Positions 37,395 to 46,505 of a DNA stretch of 64,000 bases are shown one piece after another (position 1 is the first letter of the stretch; each line of letters opens with the position of its first letter). The notes beneath the pieces are model-generated. The model searched no databases. It was not told the origin of the DNA and was given only the letters and a program-made list of their open reading frames with translations. The translations under genes were made by a program, and so were the position numbers. The DNA lies in assembly GCA_050012495.1 (NCBI GenBank), contig JBEKHB010000009.1, positions 6,460 to 70,459 of the forward strand. The letters run 5' to 3'. The stretch is from Syntrophorhabdales bacterium (GTDB taxonomy: Bacteria > Desulfobacterota > Syntrophorhabdia > Syntrophorhabdales > WCHB1-27).

Positions 37395-38216
37395 TCACCT
37401 CGCTTCGCTCGATCCGCATCCGGGAGGATCGACCGGGCCATCGGGTGTGCCCGGATTCTCCGCCATGAGCGTCAGTTTCCTGCTGATCAACCGGGCCGCG
37501 TCCTTCATATGGAGGATTATGTCGGGCAACCGTTGGTCCTCCATAGAGCCGGCGAGACCGAAGATCGAAATCGCACCACAGGCGCGGCTGCCCCGGAACA
37601 CGAGCACCGAGAGGCCCCGTACCCCCTTCCGGTACTCTTCAAGGTCGGTAGCGTACCCACGCTCCCGGGCCTGATCCACCTGACCCAGCAGGTCTCCGAG
37701 CCCGGTCACGCTGTGGTCCGTATATTTCGGTGGGGGATTCTCCCCCACAAGACGGGCAATATCCTCGTTTGTCATCTGAGTGAAAAAAATCTTCATCAGG
37801 GCGCCCGCATAGAGGGGGAAACGCGTGCCCACGGGGACCGTGATCTTCAGCTCTTTCTTCGGCTCGCTCACCTCGAGGACGCGGTACGTGTTCTCATGCT
37901 CCCGGGCCACCAGGATGACCGTCTCGTCCACCTGCTCCGCAAGTCTTTCGAGAAACGGCTTCGCCACAAAAGACAGCTCCATGCTCCTCAGGACATTCCT
38001 CGAAAATTCAAAAAGGGTGGTCCCCGGGACATATTTTTTTGTCATCCTGTCCTGTACAAGGAAACCCTCCTCTTCGAGCGCCTTGAGTATGCCTAGCGTC
38101 GTGCTTTTGACAATGGCGAGTCTGCGAGAGATGTCGCTCACGCCCAGCGGCTCATTTGTCCGGGTGACCAACCTCAATATCTCGATTCCTTTTCTTAGTA
38201 CGGGGGCATTATACAT
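37395..38216 (-). CDS. IclR-family transcriptional regulator
   Basis: N-terminal wHTH (VLRKGIEILRLVTRTNEPLGVSDISRRLAIVKSTTLGILKAL) plus an IclR effector domain. The last ~20 residues (PGTPDGPVDPPGCGSSEAR) look atypical. Confidence 0.85.
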   Translation of the reverse strand: MYNAPVLRKGIEILRLVTRTNEPLGVSDISRRLAIVKSTTLGILKALEEEGFLVQDRMTKKYVPGTTLFEFSRNVLRSMELSFVAKPFLERLAEQVDETVILVAREHENTYRVLEVSEPKKELKITVPVGTRFPLYAGALMKIFFTQMTNEDIARLVGENPPPKYTDHSVTGLGDLLGQVDQARERGYATDLEEYRKGVRGLSVLVFRGSRACGAISIFGLAGSMEDQRLPDIILHMKDAARLISRKLTLMAENPGTPDGPVDPPGCGSSEAR

Positions 38217-38233
38217 GTTTTCTATACAAATCT

Positions 38234-38262
38234 TTTTATCATCATGGATAGGAGTCTGTCAA
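38234..38262 (-). promoter_or_regulatory. Sigma70-like promoter TTGACA-N17-ATAAAA (minus strand) upstream of the IclR gene
   Basis: Hexamers read as tgtcaa (38257-38262) and ttttat (38234-38239) on the plus strand. Confidence 0.35.
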
Positions 38263-38345
38263 GACAAAAAATATGTTAATAAATCATATTCTTGACTCAC
38301 TCTCTTCCGGCGCGGCTCTCGCAGTATGATCGCTATAGAAAACGC

Positions 38346-39713
38346 CTATCCTCTTTCCATTCTCCCTGCGGGCATAAAGAACACGAGGGGGATTGCGACC
38401 AAGAGGCTAAGACCGAAAAAGGTGAAGGTGACCCGGAAGCCATTCACCGGGTTGGCGCTTGTGTGGAGGATAAAGGTAATCAACGATATCCCCAGCGCCC
38501 CTCCCACGGTCCTGAACATCCCCCGAAGCCCCACGATGGTAGCCACCTTCTCCGGCAGCAATTCAATGCAGGCGTTATTCGCGGCGGGGAGCATGATGCC
38601 CATCCCGATCCCCGTCAGCAGTACCAGGAACGACAGGATTTCCACGATGCTGAACCACATGCCCATTATTTCCCATAACCGGCCGGGTGCGAGAAGGATC
38701 GTTGAAAAAGCGGCGAGGCTCAATCCCACTATAATGGGCCGCCGGTAGCCCCATCTCCTGAGCAGAAAGCTGGTGACGGCGGAGGCGGGAATAATCCCTA
38801 TGGACCGGGGAGTCAGAATCATACCGCTCATCAATGTCGAGAGCTTGTGCACCGACGTCGCATAAAAAGGCACGAAAGCGAAGATCCCGAAAACTCCCGC
38901 GCCCAAAACCATATTGAGGATGTTTGCCGCCAGAAATGGGGTCGACCTGAGCAGGGTAAAGTCCATGATCGGGTGTGTTTCCTTCCGCTCCTGACGGAAG
39001 AATAAGAAGAGCGAGAAAAAGCTCAAGCCCAAAAAGACCCCGGCAAAGAGGAGGGAGCGGGCTCCGAGGCTCTCCCCGATGAAGTTCAGGCCGAACATGA
39101 GAAAGAGTATGCCTCCGCTCATGAAGAAGGCCCCGGCAAGGTCTATGCGGGGACGGGATATGGCCCTGGAGTCATGAAGCAGCATCATGATCGAAGCCAT
39201 CAGAACGATGCCGATGGGCAGATTGATATAAAAGATGTAGCGCCAGGAATAGCGGCTCACGATCCATCCTCCAAGGTTCGGGCCGATAAGGCCCCCTATG
39301 GGGAAGATGCTCGTAAAAAGGCCAATCGCCCTCTCCCGGTTTTCCGGGAAGTAGTCGCTGACGATCCCCGATGCGGTGGGGAGGAAGGCCGCTCCCCCGA
39401 TGCCCTGGATGAACCTGAATCCTATCAGGGCGTGGATGTTGGGCGCAAGGCCGCAGGCAAGAGAGCTGCCGGTGAACAGACCGAGGGAAATCAGAAAAAC
39501 CCGTTTCCGGCCGAAGCTGTCGCTCAAGTTCCCCACGAGGGGCATCGACATGGTCACCGCGATATAGTAGATCGAAATGGTCCACGCGGCCCAGAGAATG
39601 GTGGCGCCGAAATCCTCGATAAATCTGGGGAAGGCGACAGCCACCACTGTAGCGTCAATGGAAGACATGAGCAGCCCTAAACCGGCAACGGCAAAAATGA
39701 GGTAGCGGCGCAT
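38346..39713 (-). CDS. MFS transporter (14-TM, DHA2-like)
   Basis: Motif GNLSDSFGRKRVF (MFS motif A) and about 14 hydrophobic helices. I prefer the ATG at 39713. The track start is a TTG at 39722. Confidence 0.8.
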   Translation of the reverse strand: MRRYLIFAVAGLGLLMSSIDATVVAVAFPRFIEDFGATILWAAWTISIYYIAVTMSMPLVGNLSDSFGRKRVFLISLGLFTGSSLACGLAPNIHALIGFRFIQGIGGAAFLPTASGIVSDYFPENRERAIGLFTSIFPIGGLIGPNLGGWIVSRYSWRYIFYINLPIGIVLMASIMMLLHDSRAISRPRIDLAGAFFMSGGILFLMFGLNFIGESLGARSLLFAGVFLGLSFFSLFLFFRQERKETHPIMDFTLLRSTPFLAANILNMVLGAGVFGIFAFVPFYATSVHKLSTLMSGMILTPRSIGIIPASAVTSFLLRRWGYRRPIIVGLSLAAFSTILLAPGRLWEIMGMWFSIVEILSFLVLLTGIGMGIMLPAANNACIELLPEKVATIVGLRGMFRTVGGALGISLITFILHTSANPVNGFRVTFTFFGLSLLVAIPLVFFMPAGRMERG

Positions 39714-40277
39714 GCGGAACAATCCTAAAAGGCAAAATGTCGCGAAGAGTATACCGGACTACTTAACATGAGTTTACTAAATAGCGCGGGTAAGATCAAC
39801 CGGAAAATGGGGCGGCCGGGCGCGTGGGCGCCACCTTTGTCATCGCGGCCTTAAAACGCTACGCCTTCGTCCCAAGGAGGCAAGCAGAAAGAACTGAGTA
39901 TCCCTTCAACAGTGCTGACGTTACTGGGGATAATCCAGGGTCTTCGGTAATGGCTTTGACGTTTTTCTGTCGCAGGCAATACAGAGAAGCCTTACTGTGT
40001 AGGTTTGTCAAGAATCCGAAGGTGGATAGCCCAGCCCCCGGTGAGAAAACGCACCCTGGACGATCCTGCGATGAAACTGAGGGCGTGGGAGAGGGGGCCG
40101 TCCTCAAACGGACCAATGAGGAGGCGTGGCGGGAATGGTCCGTAACAGGTGGCCGGGCTTATCATAATGGGTAGCTAATTTGGTTCGGAATACGCAGAGA
40201 CCGTTGAATACAAAAATACAATACGGGTCAGTGTTCCGTATATTAGAATTTGAACTTAAATATATAGAACATTTTCC

Positions 40278-40305
40278 TTGACTATATCTTTCTGTATAGT
40301 AAAAT
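40278..40305 (+). promoter_or_regulatory. Sigma70-like promoter TTGACT-N16-TAAAAT upstream of the second IclR gene
   Basis: Read from the sequence in an AT-rich stretch. agaacatt occurs at about 40266 and about 40332, flanking it. Confidence 0.4.
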
Positions 40306-40359
40306 ATACACAGCGGTATATTTCGTCCTACAGAACATTCAGAGAGGGAAGATTGCGCC

Positions 40360-41166
40360 GTGAAATCGAAGCCATTAAAATCGAGAATTCAGCCAAGTCC
40401 CGCTAATAACTACCAGGTGACCTCACTTGAAAAGGCGCTTTTAATTCTGGAACTGGCGCTCGACGAGGGCCGAAATCTGTCCATTACGGAGATCAGCCAG
40501 AAACTTGGGATGGGTAAAGGAACGGTTCATCGAATCCTCAGCACCCTTAAGGCACGAAAATTCTTCTATCAGGACAATAATACGAAAATGTACGGTCTCG
40601 GTGTCCGGACGTTGGAAATCGGAATGGTCTCCAAAAGGGAAAAATACCTTCGCAACGCCATGGCCCCCTTTCTTATGGATCTCCACGAAAGGTGCAAGGA
40701 AACGGTTAACGCGGCCGTGTGGGACTATAATGAAATCCGTTACATCTTCCGATTGGAATCGGAAGAGATGCTTCGCATTTCAATATCAGCTGGCGCACGA
40801 TTCCCCGGTCACTGTGCCGCAACCGGCAAGATATTTCTTTCACACATGAGTGATGAGGATATCCGGCAGATTTACGGCCGGAAAAATGCGCTCAAAAAAC
40901 GAACCGAGAGGTCTATTGGCTCCGTAGACGCGCTGATTCGAGAAATCGAAAAGGTCAGGGTCGGCAAGATAGCCGTCGACGATGAGGAAACCCTTGTGGG
41001 GGTTTACTGTGTTGCCGCACCGGTACTGAGCCCCAATGGAGAGTGTGTGGCGGCCATCAGTATTTCAGCTCCGAAAAATCGGGTAGCCGTAAAAACCGGC
41101 GAAACGTTTGCGAGATTAGTATCAGAAACGGCCCGAAACATTTCAAGTTCATTTCGCGAGCCGTAA
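40360..41166 (+). CDS. IclR-family transcriptional regulator
   Basis: wHTH SLEKALLILELALDEGRNLSITEISQKLGMGKGTVHRILSTL plus an effector domain. GTG start. Confidence 0.85.
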   Translation: MKSKPLKSRIQPSPANNYQVTSLEKALLILELALDEGRNLSITEISQKLGMGKGTVHRILSTLKARKFFYQDNNTKMYGLGVRTLEIGMVSKREKYLRNAMAPFLMDLHERCKETVNAAVWDYNEIRYIFRLESEEMLRISISAGARFPGHCAATGKIFLSHMSDEDIRQIYGRKNALKKRTERSIGSVDALIREIEKVRVGKIAVDDEETLVGVYCVAAPVLSPNGECVAAISISAPKNRVAVKTGETFARLVSETARNISSSFREP

Positions 41167-41204
41167 ACATAACAGGCACCATTCGCAGCGTAGGGGTAAT
41201 TGAA

Positions 41205-41783
41205 ATGGTTGGTATTCGGTTTCATGGAAGAGGGGGACAGGGCGTTGTTGTCGCTTCAAAAATCTTGGCCAACGCCTATTTTAAACAGAGGCTCTGCGTT
41301 CAGGCATTCCCGTTTTTCGGTATGGAACGAAAAGGGGCGGCTGTTTCCGCGTTTGTCAGGCTGGATAGCGTTCCTATTGTCGAACGCGGAGAAATTAAAC
41401 ATCCCGAGGCGGTCATCGTATTGGATTCTTCTCTGCTCCATAAAGTGGATGTAGCTCAAGGCGCTAAGCCGGGGGCGCTGATCCTGCTCAATTACAAAGA
41501 TTGTGAAAACCAGACCCCCATCCCCATAGAAGGTTCCTTTCGGGTGGCTGGCGTGGATGCCACTAAAATAGCGCTTAAGTACGGGTTGGGCTCAAAGACG
41601 GCCCCTGTCATAAACACCGTCATGATCGGTGCTTTTGCCCGGTTGGCTGGCGACCTTGCGCTTTTAAACCTTCTGGAAGCCATTGAGACAGGCGTGCCGG
41701 CAAATCCTAAACAGAACATGGCTGCCGCCGAAGCGGGATATCAGGCAGTATTCAAGATATCGGGAAATGTTGATGCAGTCTAG
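41205..41783 (+). CDS. 2-oxoacid:ferredoxin oxidoreductase, gamma subunit
   Basis: MVGIRFHGRGGQGVVVASKILA is the canonical gamma N-terminus. The track ORF carries a spurious 54-codon extension. Confidence 0.88.
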   Translation: MVGIRFHGRGGQGVVVASKILANAYFKQRLCVQAFPFFGMERKGAAVSAFVRLDSVPIVERGEIKHPEAVIVLDSSLLHKVDVAQGAKPGALILLNYKDCENQTPIPIEGSFRVAGVDATKIALKYGLGSKTAPVINTVMIGAFARLAGDLALLNLLEAIETGVPANPKQNMAAAEAGYQAVFKISGNVDAV

Positions 41784-42987
41784 AAAAGGAATCGAAAGTC
41801 TGTCAGAACTTCCGATAATGCCGTCAACCATCGGCACCATGGCCTGGAACCAGACCGGCGACTGGCGTTATCTAACACCGGTGGTCGCGAATAAACTGGC
41901 ACCCTGTAGCCAGAACTGTCCGGCCGGCATTCCGATTCCGATTTATCTGAATGCCCTAAAAAATGGGCGCATTCAAAGTGGCCTCGACCTGCTGCTCGCC
42001 CATAACCCGTTGCCCCGTCTGACCGGCCGCCTGTGCTATCACCCCTGCCAGGCAAGATGTGTTCGGAGAAAAATCGATCGGACCATATCCATCCAAAAAA
42101 TCGAGCGGTTTTTGGCTGATCTCGGCACAGACGTAACGATTGAGAAGGGCAAGAAAACGGGTAAACAGGTAGCGGTCATAGGTTCCGGCCCCTTGGGGCT
42201 GTCCTGTGCATTCTATTTAGGCTGCTGGGGGCACCAGGTTGTTGTTTTAGACCCGCGCAACCAGGCTGGCGGAGCGCTTGTTGATCTTTCACCGGAAAAA
42301 GTCGATTCCCAGGTGCTGGCGGATGAAATCAGCCGTTTGATCCGTCTTGCCGATATCAAACTTGAAACCGGCGTTGTGGTCGATTTTGACGCACCCGGCA
42401 ACGTGGTGTCAAAAGCTGACCTTATCATTCTAGATCCGACCGGCGTTTCGGAAGATCTTCGCGCACCCGTCGGCGCGGTCGGGGTCAATCCATTTGATGA
42501 TGAAGCCGCAAATAGCGACATCATCGCACCAAGACTATCGCAAAACCTCAAACCATTTAAGGCGCCCATGATCGCCCATTACATTGCCGCCGGCCGTCTG
42601 ACGGCCCAGAAAGCCTTCAACCGTCTTGCCATGTGCTCGGGGCAACAGGGGCTCGCACCACCGAACCCAGATCTGCTCCCGCAGACGGTGAACACGGACG
42701 ATATTAAGATTGAGCACTTTTCGTCGTCCGCTCCTGTCGCGGAGGCAGAAGCTCAGCAAGAGGGAGCGTGGAACCACGAGCGGGCGCTGCACGAGGCGGA
42801 GCGCTGCCTGTCCTGCGGCACCTGTGATCTGTGTTTGCAATGTGTCTCGTTTTGTCCTGACGCCAGCATCAAACTGGACGAAGATAAGACCGCCGTTATA
42901 GTCGATGAGTACCACTGCAAGGGATGCGGCATCTGTGCGTATGAATGCCCCCGGGGGGTTGTGACGATGGAGACAATAAGCGGATGA
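41767..42987 (+). CDS. Fusion protein: GltD-like FeS/FAD module + OFOR delta-type 2x[4Fe-4S] ferredoxin
   Basis: The motifs in order are TGDWRYLTPVV, then CSQNCPAGIPIPIYL...NPLPRLTGRLCYHPCQARCVR, then VAVIGSGPLGL, then CLSCGTCDLCLQCVSFCPD...YHCKGCGICAYECP. It sits in the delta position of the gamma-delta-alpha-beta order. The start (41767 or 41773) is uncertain. Confidence 0.75.
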   Translation: MLMQSRKGIESLSELPIMPSTIGTMAWNQTGDWRYLTPVVANKLAPCSQNCPAGIPIPIYLNALKNGRIQSGLDLLLAHNPLPRLTGRLCYHPCQARCVRRKIDRTISIQKIERFLADLGTDVTIEKGKKTGKQVAVIGSGPLGLSCAFYLGCWGHQVVVLDPRNQAGGALVDLSPEKVDSQVLADEISRLIRLADIKLETGVVVDFDAPGNVVSKADLIILDPTGVSEDLRAPVGAVGVNPFDDEAANSDIIAPRLSQNLKPFKAPMIAHYIAAGRLTAQKAFNRLAMCSGQQGLAPPNPDLLPQTVNTDDIKIEHFSSSAPVAEAEAQQEGAWNHERALHEAERCLSCGTCDLCLQCVSFCPDASIKLDEDKTAVIVDEYHCKGCGICAYECPRGVVTMETISG

Positions 42988-44147
42988 AGAAAGTCGTGAT
43001 GGGGACCGAAGCCGCTGCCCTGGCCGTAAAACTGGCCCGGGTTCAAGTAATATCGGCGTACCCGATTACCCCTCAGACCGTTATTGTTGAGAATCTGTCC
43101 GACATAATCGGTCGGGGCGAACTGAACGCGAAGTACATGCCGGTGGAGTCTGAGCACTCAGCCATGGCCAGTTGTATCGGGGCTTCCCTGGCGGGCGCGA
43201 GGGCCTTTACGGCAAGCTCCTCCCAGGGTCTGGTCTACATGCATGAAATGCTGCATTATGCTGCCGGGGCGCGTGTTCCGGTCGTGATGGTCAACTGCAA
43301 CCGTGCCTTGGCCCCTCCCTGGAACCTCTATTGCGACCATACCGATTCGCTGGCGCAGCGCGACACCGGCTGGGGCCAGTATTATTGTGCCGATGCCCAG
43401 GATGTGCTTGACGCCATTTTGATCGCTTACAATGTTGCCGAACAGGCGCTCTTGCCGGTCATGATTAATATGGACGCGTTTTACTTGACCCACACTTCCG
43501 AGCCTGTGGACGTGCCGGATCAGAAGGCGGTGGATATTTTCCTTCCTTCTTATCAGCCCTCGAGCAAGCTGGATGTGGATGATCCCAAAACCTTTGGCAA
43601 TGTGTGCGGAGCAGACCTGTTTACCTCTATTAAATACAAACGACATTGTGACACCCTTTCGCTGGAAAAGCTTTGGGACCGGGCGGCGGTAAGATTTTGC
43701 GGCTATTTTAGCCGCTTGCATCCAACGGTGGAAGCATATCAAACCGAAGATGCCGATGTGTGTATCATCGGCATCGGCACTGCCACCGGCGCTATGCGGC
43801 TGGCAGTCGACCGGTTGCGGGAAGAAGGCTTAAAGGTTGGCAGCCTGAGGCTTGCGATGATCCGGCCGTTTCCCCGCGGAGGGTTTGAAAAAGCGACAGC
43901 AAATGTCGGACATGTGATAGTCATCGATCGGGATGTTTCTTTCGGCGCTGAGGGCATCGTGGCCCAGGAGTTGAAAGCAATCCTGTTTGACCGCCATGAG
44001 GACGTAAGATTGACAGGCTTCGTCGCCGGCGTCGGTGGAAACGATATCTCCGTTGAGACAATTGTCCCGCTGGTACGGCAAGCGATTTTCGGAGACGGAA
44101 CAGCAGCCGAAGCCGGCTCAACGCTCTGGGCGGAGGTGCTGCCGTGA
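42984..44147 (+). CDS. 2-oxoacid:ferredoxin oxidoreductase, alpha subunit
   Basis: Motif MGTEAAALAVKLARVQVISAYPITPQT. ATGA overlap with the delta fusion. Confidence 0.88.
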   Translation: MKKVVMGTEAAALAVKLARVQVISAYPITPQTVIVENLSDIIGRGELNAKYMPVESEHSAMASCIGASLAGARAFTASSSQGLVYMHEMLHYAAGARVPVVMVNCNRALAPPWNLYCDHTDSLAQRDTGWGQYYCADAQDVLDAILIAYNVAEQALLPVMINMDAFYLTHTSEPVDVPDQKAVDIFLPSYQPSSKLDVDDPKTFGNVCGADLFTSIKYKRHCDTLSLEKLWDRAAVRFCGYFSRLHPTVEAYQTEDADVCIIGIGTATGAMRLAVDRLREEGLKVGSLRLAMIRPFPRGGFEKATANVGHVIVIDRDVSFGAEGIVAQELKAILFDRHEDVRLTGFVAGVGGNDISVETIVPLVRQAIFGDGTAAEAGSTLWAEVLP

Positions 44148-45028
44148 GTGAACACGCCGGCCGGAAAAGAGATCTGTTCACCCCCGGTCACTACGGATGC
44201 CCGGGCTGCGGTGCAACACTGGCCATGCAGCAGACCCTGTGGGCCTTGGGTGAGGATACGATTGTGGTGATGCCAGCCGGATGCTGGTCCACCCTCATCG
44301 GTATTTACCCTTACACCTGTTTGACCGTGCCGGTGATCTCGGTCGCTTTTGCATCCACAGCAGCCGTCGCCGCCGGCGTAAAGGCCGGTTTGAGTATTCA
44401 GGGCAACGACCATACGACCGTCCTGGCCTGGGCGGGTGACGGCGGTACCTTTGATATTGGCTTGCAGGCCCTTTCCGGCGCGGCGGAAAGAAACGACGAT
44501 ATCCTTTTCATCTGCTACGACAATGAAGGTTACATGAATACGGGTATCCAGCGTTCCTCGGCAACACCGGCCGGCGCGTGGACCACCACCACACCGAACT
44601 CAGCCTTGAAGGGGCAGAAGAAGAAAGATATCGTAGGAATCATGGCGGCCCACGCCATTCCCTACGCAGCCACTGCCAGTATCGGCGCACCGGAGGATCT
44701 AAAGGGCAAGGTCAAAAAGGCGAAGGACATGAAAGGCACACGTTTTATCCATTTGTTTGCCCCATGCCCGACCGGCTGGCGGCACGCACCTGAATTGACT
44801 GTCGAGGTTGCCAGACAGGCCGTCAAGAGCCGCATATTTCCGCTGTATGAAGTATTCGACGGCGAAATCTGGCAGCTAAGTCCCATGCCAGACAAGATAG
44901 GTGTGGATGCTTACTTGAAACATCAGCACCGGTTCAAGAAAACATTGGATAGCGACTATCTGCACTTTCAAACACGGGTGGATGAAGACTGGCAGCGCTT
45001 GCTGAACAAATGCCAGTCCGGAGACTGA
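44144..45028 (+). CDS. 2-oxoacid:ferredoxin oxidoreductase, beta (TPP-binding) subunit
   Basis: Motifs GCPGCG, GDGGTFDIGLQAL and YDNEGYMNTG. 4-nt overlap with alpha. Confidence 0.88.
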   Translation: MSEHAGRKRDLFTPGHYGCPGCGATLAMQQTLWALGEDTIVVMPAGCWSTLIGIYPYTCLTVPVISVAFASTAAVAAGVKAGLSIQGNDHTTVLAWAGDGGTFDIGLQALSGAAERNDDILFICYDNEGYMNTGIQRSSATPAGAWTTTTPNSALKGQKKKDIVGIMAAHAIPYAATASIGAPEDLKGKVKKAKDMKGTRFIHLFAPCPTGWRHAPELTVEVARQAVKSRIFPLYEVFDGEIWQLSPMPDKIGVDAYLKHQHRFKKTLDSDYLHFQTRVDEDWQRLLNKCQSGD

Positions 45029-45124
45029 AGCGGCATGCAGGCAGGATGCATACATGCGGGACGACTGAGATACACAGTGAAAATCTTGTGAATGGCTGGA
45101 AGTCCACTACAAAGGAGAAAGGCC

Positions 45125-46441
45125 ATGCCGGAAGAAAGCGTTAGTATCAGCACGCCTTGCGGCACTGATGAATCTTTTGAAAAGAAGACCTATGCAAGGG
45201 TCACCTGGCGTTTGATGCCCTTCCTTTTCCTCTGCTACATCATCGCCTACGTCGACCGTGTCAACGTTGGCTTTGCCAAACTCCAGATGCTTCAGGATTT
45301 GAAGTTCAACGATACCATCTACGGACTCGGTGCGGGCCTCTTCTTCATCGGCTACTTCTTCTTCGAAGTCCCCAGCAATATCATTCTCCACCGTGTCGGC
45401 GCCCGAAAATGGATTACGCGCATCATGGTCTCCTGGGCGATCATCTCTGCTGCGACGATGTTCGTGACCACGCCGCTGATGTTCTACGGCCTCCGCTTTC
45501 TCCTCGGTATCGCCGAAGCAGGCTTCTTTCCCGGCATTATCCTCTACCTTACCTACTGGTATCCTTCGCACTGGCGCGGAAGGATGGTCGCCTTGCTCAT
45601 AGCCGCGAATCCGGTCTCCGGCGTTGTCGGCGGACCGATCTCCGGGTGGATCATGCAGTCGCTGGCCGGGAAATACGGCCTCGCCGGATGGCAATGGTTA
45701 TTCATGCTGGAAGGGCTTCCCGCTATCGTCGTGGGCATCATTGTCTACTTCTATCTCGATGACAGGATCAGCGAAGCCGGTTGGTTGTCGGGAGACGAGA
45801 AACAACTCCTCAAGAAGAATATCGAAGCAGAGTCGCGGGAAAAACAGAGAGATTCGCTGCGCGATGCCTTCGGGAGCGGCATGGTATGGCTCATGAGCTT
45901 CATATACTTCTGCCTCCTGATGGGCATGTACGGGGCGACCTTTTGGATGCCCACCCTTATCAAGGCGACCGGCGTCAAAAGCGTGCTCAACGTCGGCCTG
46001 TTGACTTCCATTCCCTTTGCCGCAGGCGTGATCGGCATGATACTGATCAGCCGCAGTTCGGACAAACGTCAGGAACGACGCTGGCATTGCGCGATCCCCG
46101 CTGCGGTCGCCTGCGTAGGCCTAATTTTCAGCGCGGTCTTCGGGCATAACACTGTCCTTGCCATGGTGGCCCTCAGCCTCGCCATGGCCGGAAGCCTATC
46201 CGCGCTACCCGTGTTCTGGATTCTCCCGACTGCCTTTCTCGCAGGCACCGCCGCGGCCGCCGGTATTGCCGTCGTCAACTCCATAGGCAACCTTTCCGGG
46301 TTCCTCGGCAACTATCTGGTCGGCTGGCTCACGGATCTGACGCACAGCACGGATTCCGGCATGTACGTGCTCGCGGCTGCCGCGTTCATAGGGGCGGCTC
46401 TGGTGATAGCATTCGTGCCGTCCAAGCTTGTCAACAAGTAG
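45125..46441 (+). CDS. MFS transporter, anion:cation symporter (ACS) family (organic-acid/sugar-acid permease type)
   Basis: The ATG at 45125 follows aaggag. Motif RLMPFLFLCYIIAYVDRVNVGFAKLQM is typical of ACS members (tartrate, galactonate, hydroxyphenylacetate type). Confidence 0.8.
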   Translation: MPEESVSISTPCGTDESFEKKTYARVTWRLMPFLFLCYIIAYVDRVNVGFAKLQMLQDLKFNDTIYGLGAGLFFIGYFFFEVPSNIILHRVGARKWITRIMVSWAIISAATMFVTTPLMFYGLRFLLGIAEAGFFPGIILYLTYWYPSHWRGRMVALLIAANPVSGVVGGPISGWIMQSLAGKYGLAGWQWLFMLEGLPAIVVGIIVYFYLDDRISEAGWLSGDEKQLLKKNIEAESREKQRDSLRDAFGSGMVWLMSFIYFCLLMGMYGATFWMPTLIKATGVKSVLNVGLLTSIPFAAGVIGMILISRSSDKRQERRWHCAIPAAVACVGLIFSAVFGHNTVLAMVALSLAMAGSLSALPVFWILPTAFLAGTAAAAGIAVVNSIGNLSGFLGNYLVGWLTDLTHSTDSGMYVLAAAAFIGAALVIAFVPSKLVNK

Positions 46442-46505
46442 TCCCTAAGGGGCTTGGGCATGGGACGCTTTACTCTGACTAGCTGTGAAGGAAGGAAGGT
46501 GAAGC

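Noticed and set aside
39893-39945. TPP-riboswitch-like elements (CUGAGU ... CCCUU ... CUGGGGAUAAUCCAG).
   Set aside because: The P4/P5-like hairpin and the CUGAG box resemble the THI element. However, no P3 hairpin or closing P1 can be formed, the GCGUAGGGAA-type 3' segment is missing, and no thiamine-related gene is downstream.
39824-40174. A 116-aa ORF as a real protein gene.
   Set aside because: It has a GTG start without SD, no recognisable motif and an odd composition. It is kept only as part of the unexplained-block finding, not as a feature.
40170-40200. A tRNA-like T-loop (tggttcggaat).
   Set aside because: No acceptor stem, anticodon arm or D-arm can be drawn around it.
41043-41204. 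N-terminal extensions of track ORFs. Examples: OFOR gamma 41043, alpha 42945, HtrA 29741, thioesterase 56385, ABC ATPase 56930, cyclase 49226, MATE 60062.
   Set aside because: The extensions overlap the preceding gene or lack an SD. Family-typical N-termini begin at the internal ATGs used in the feature table.
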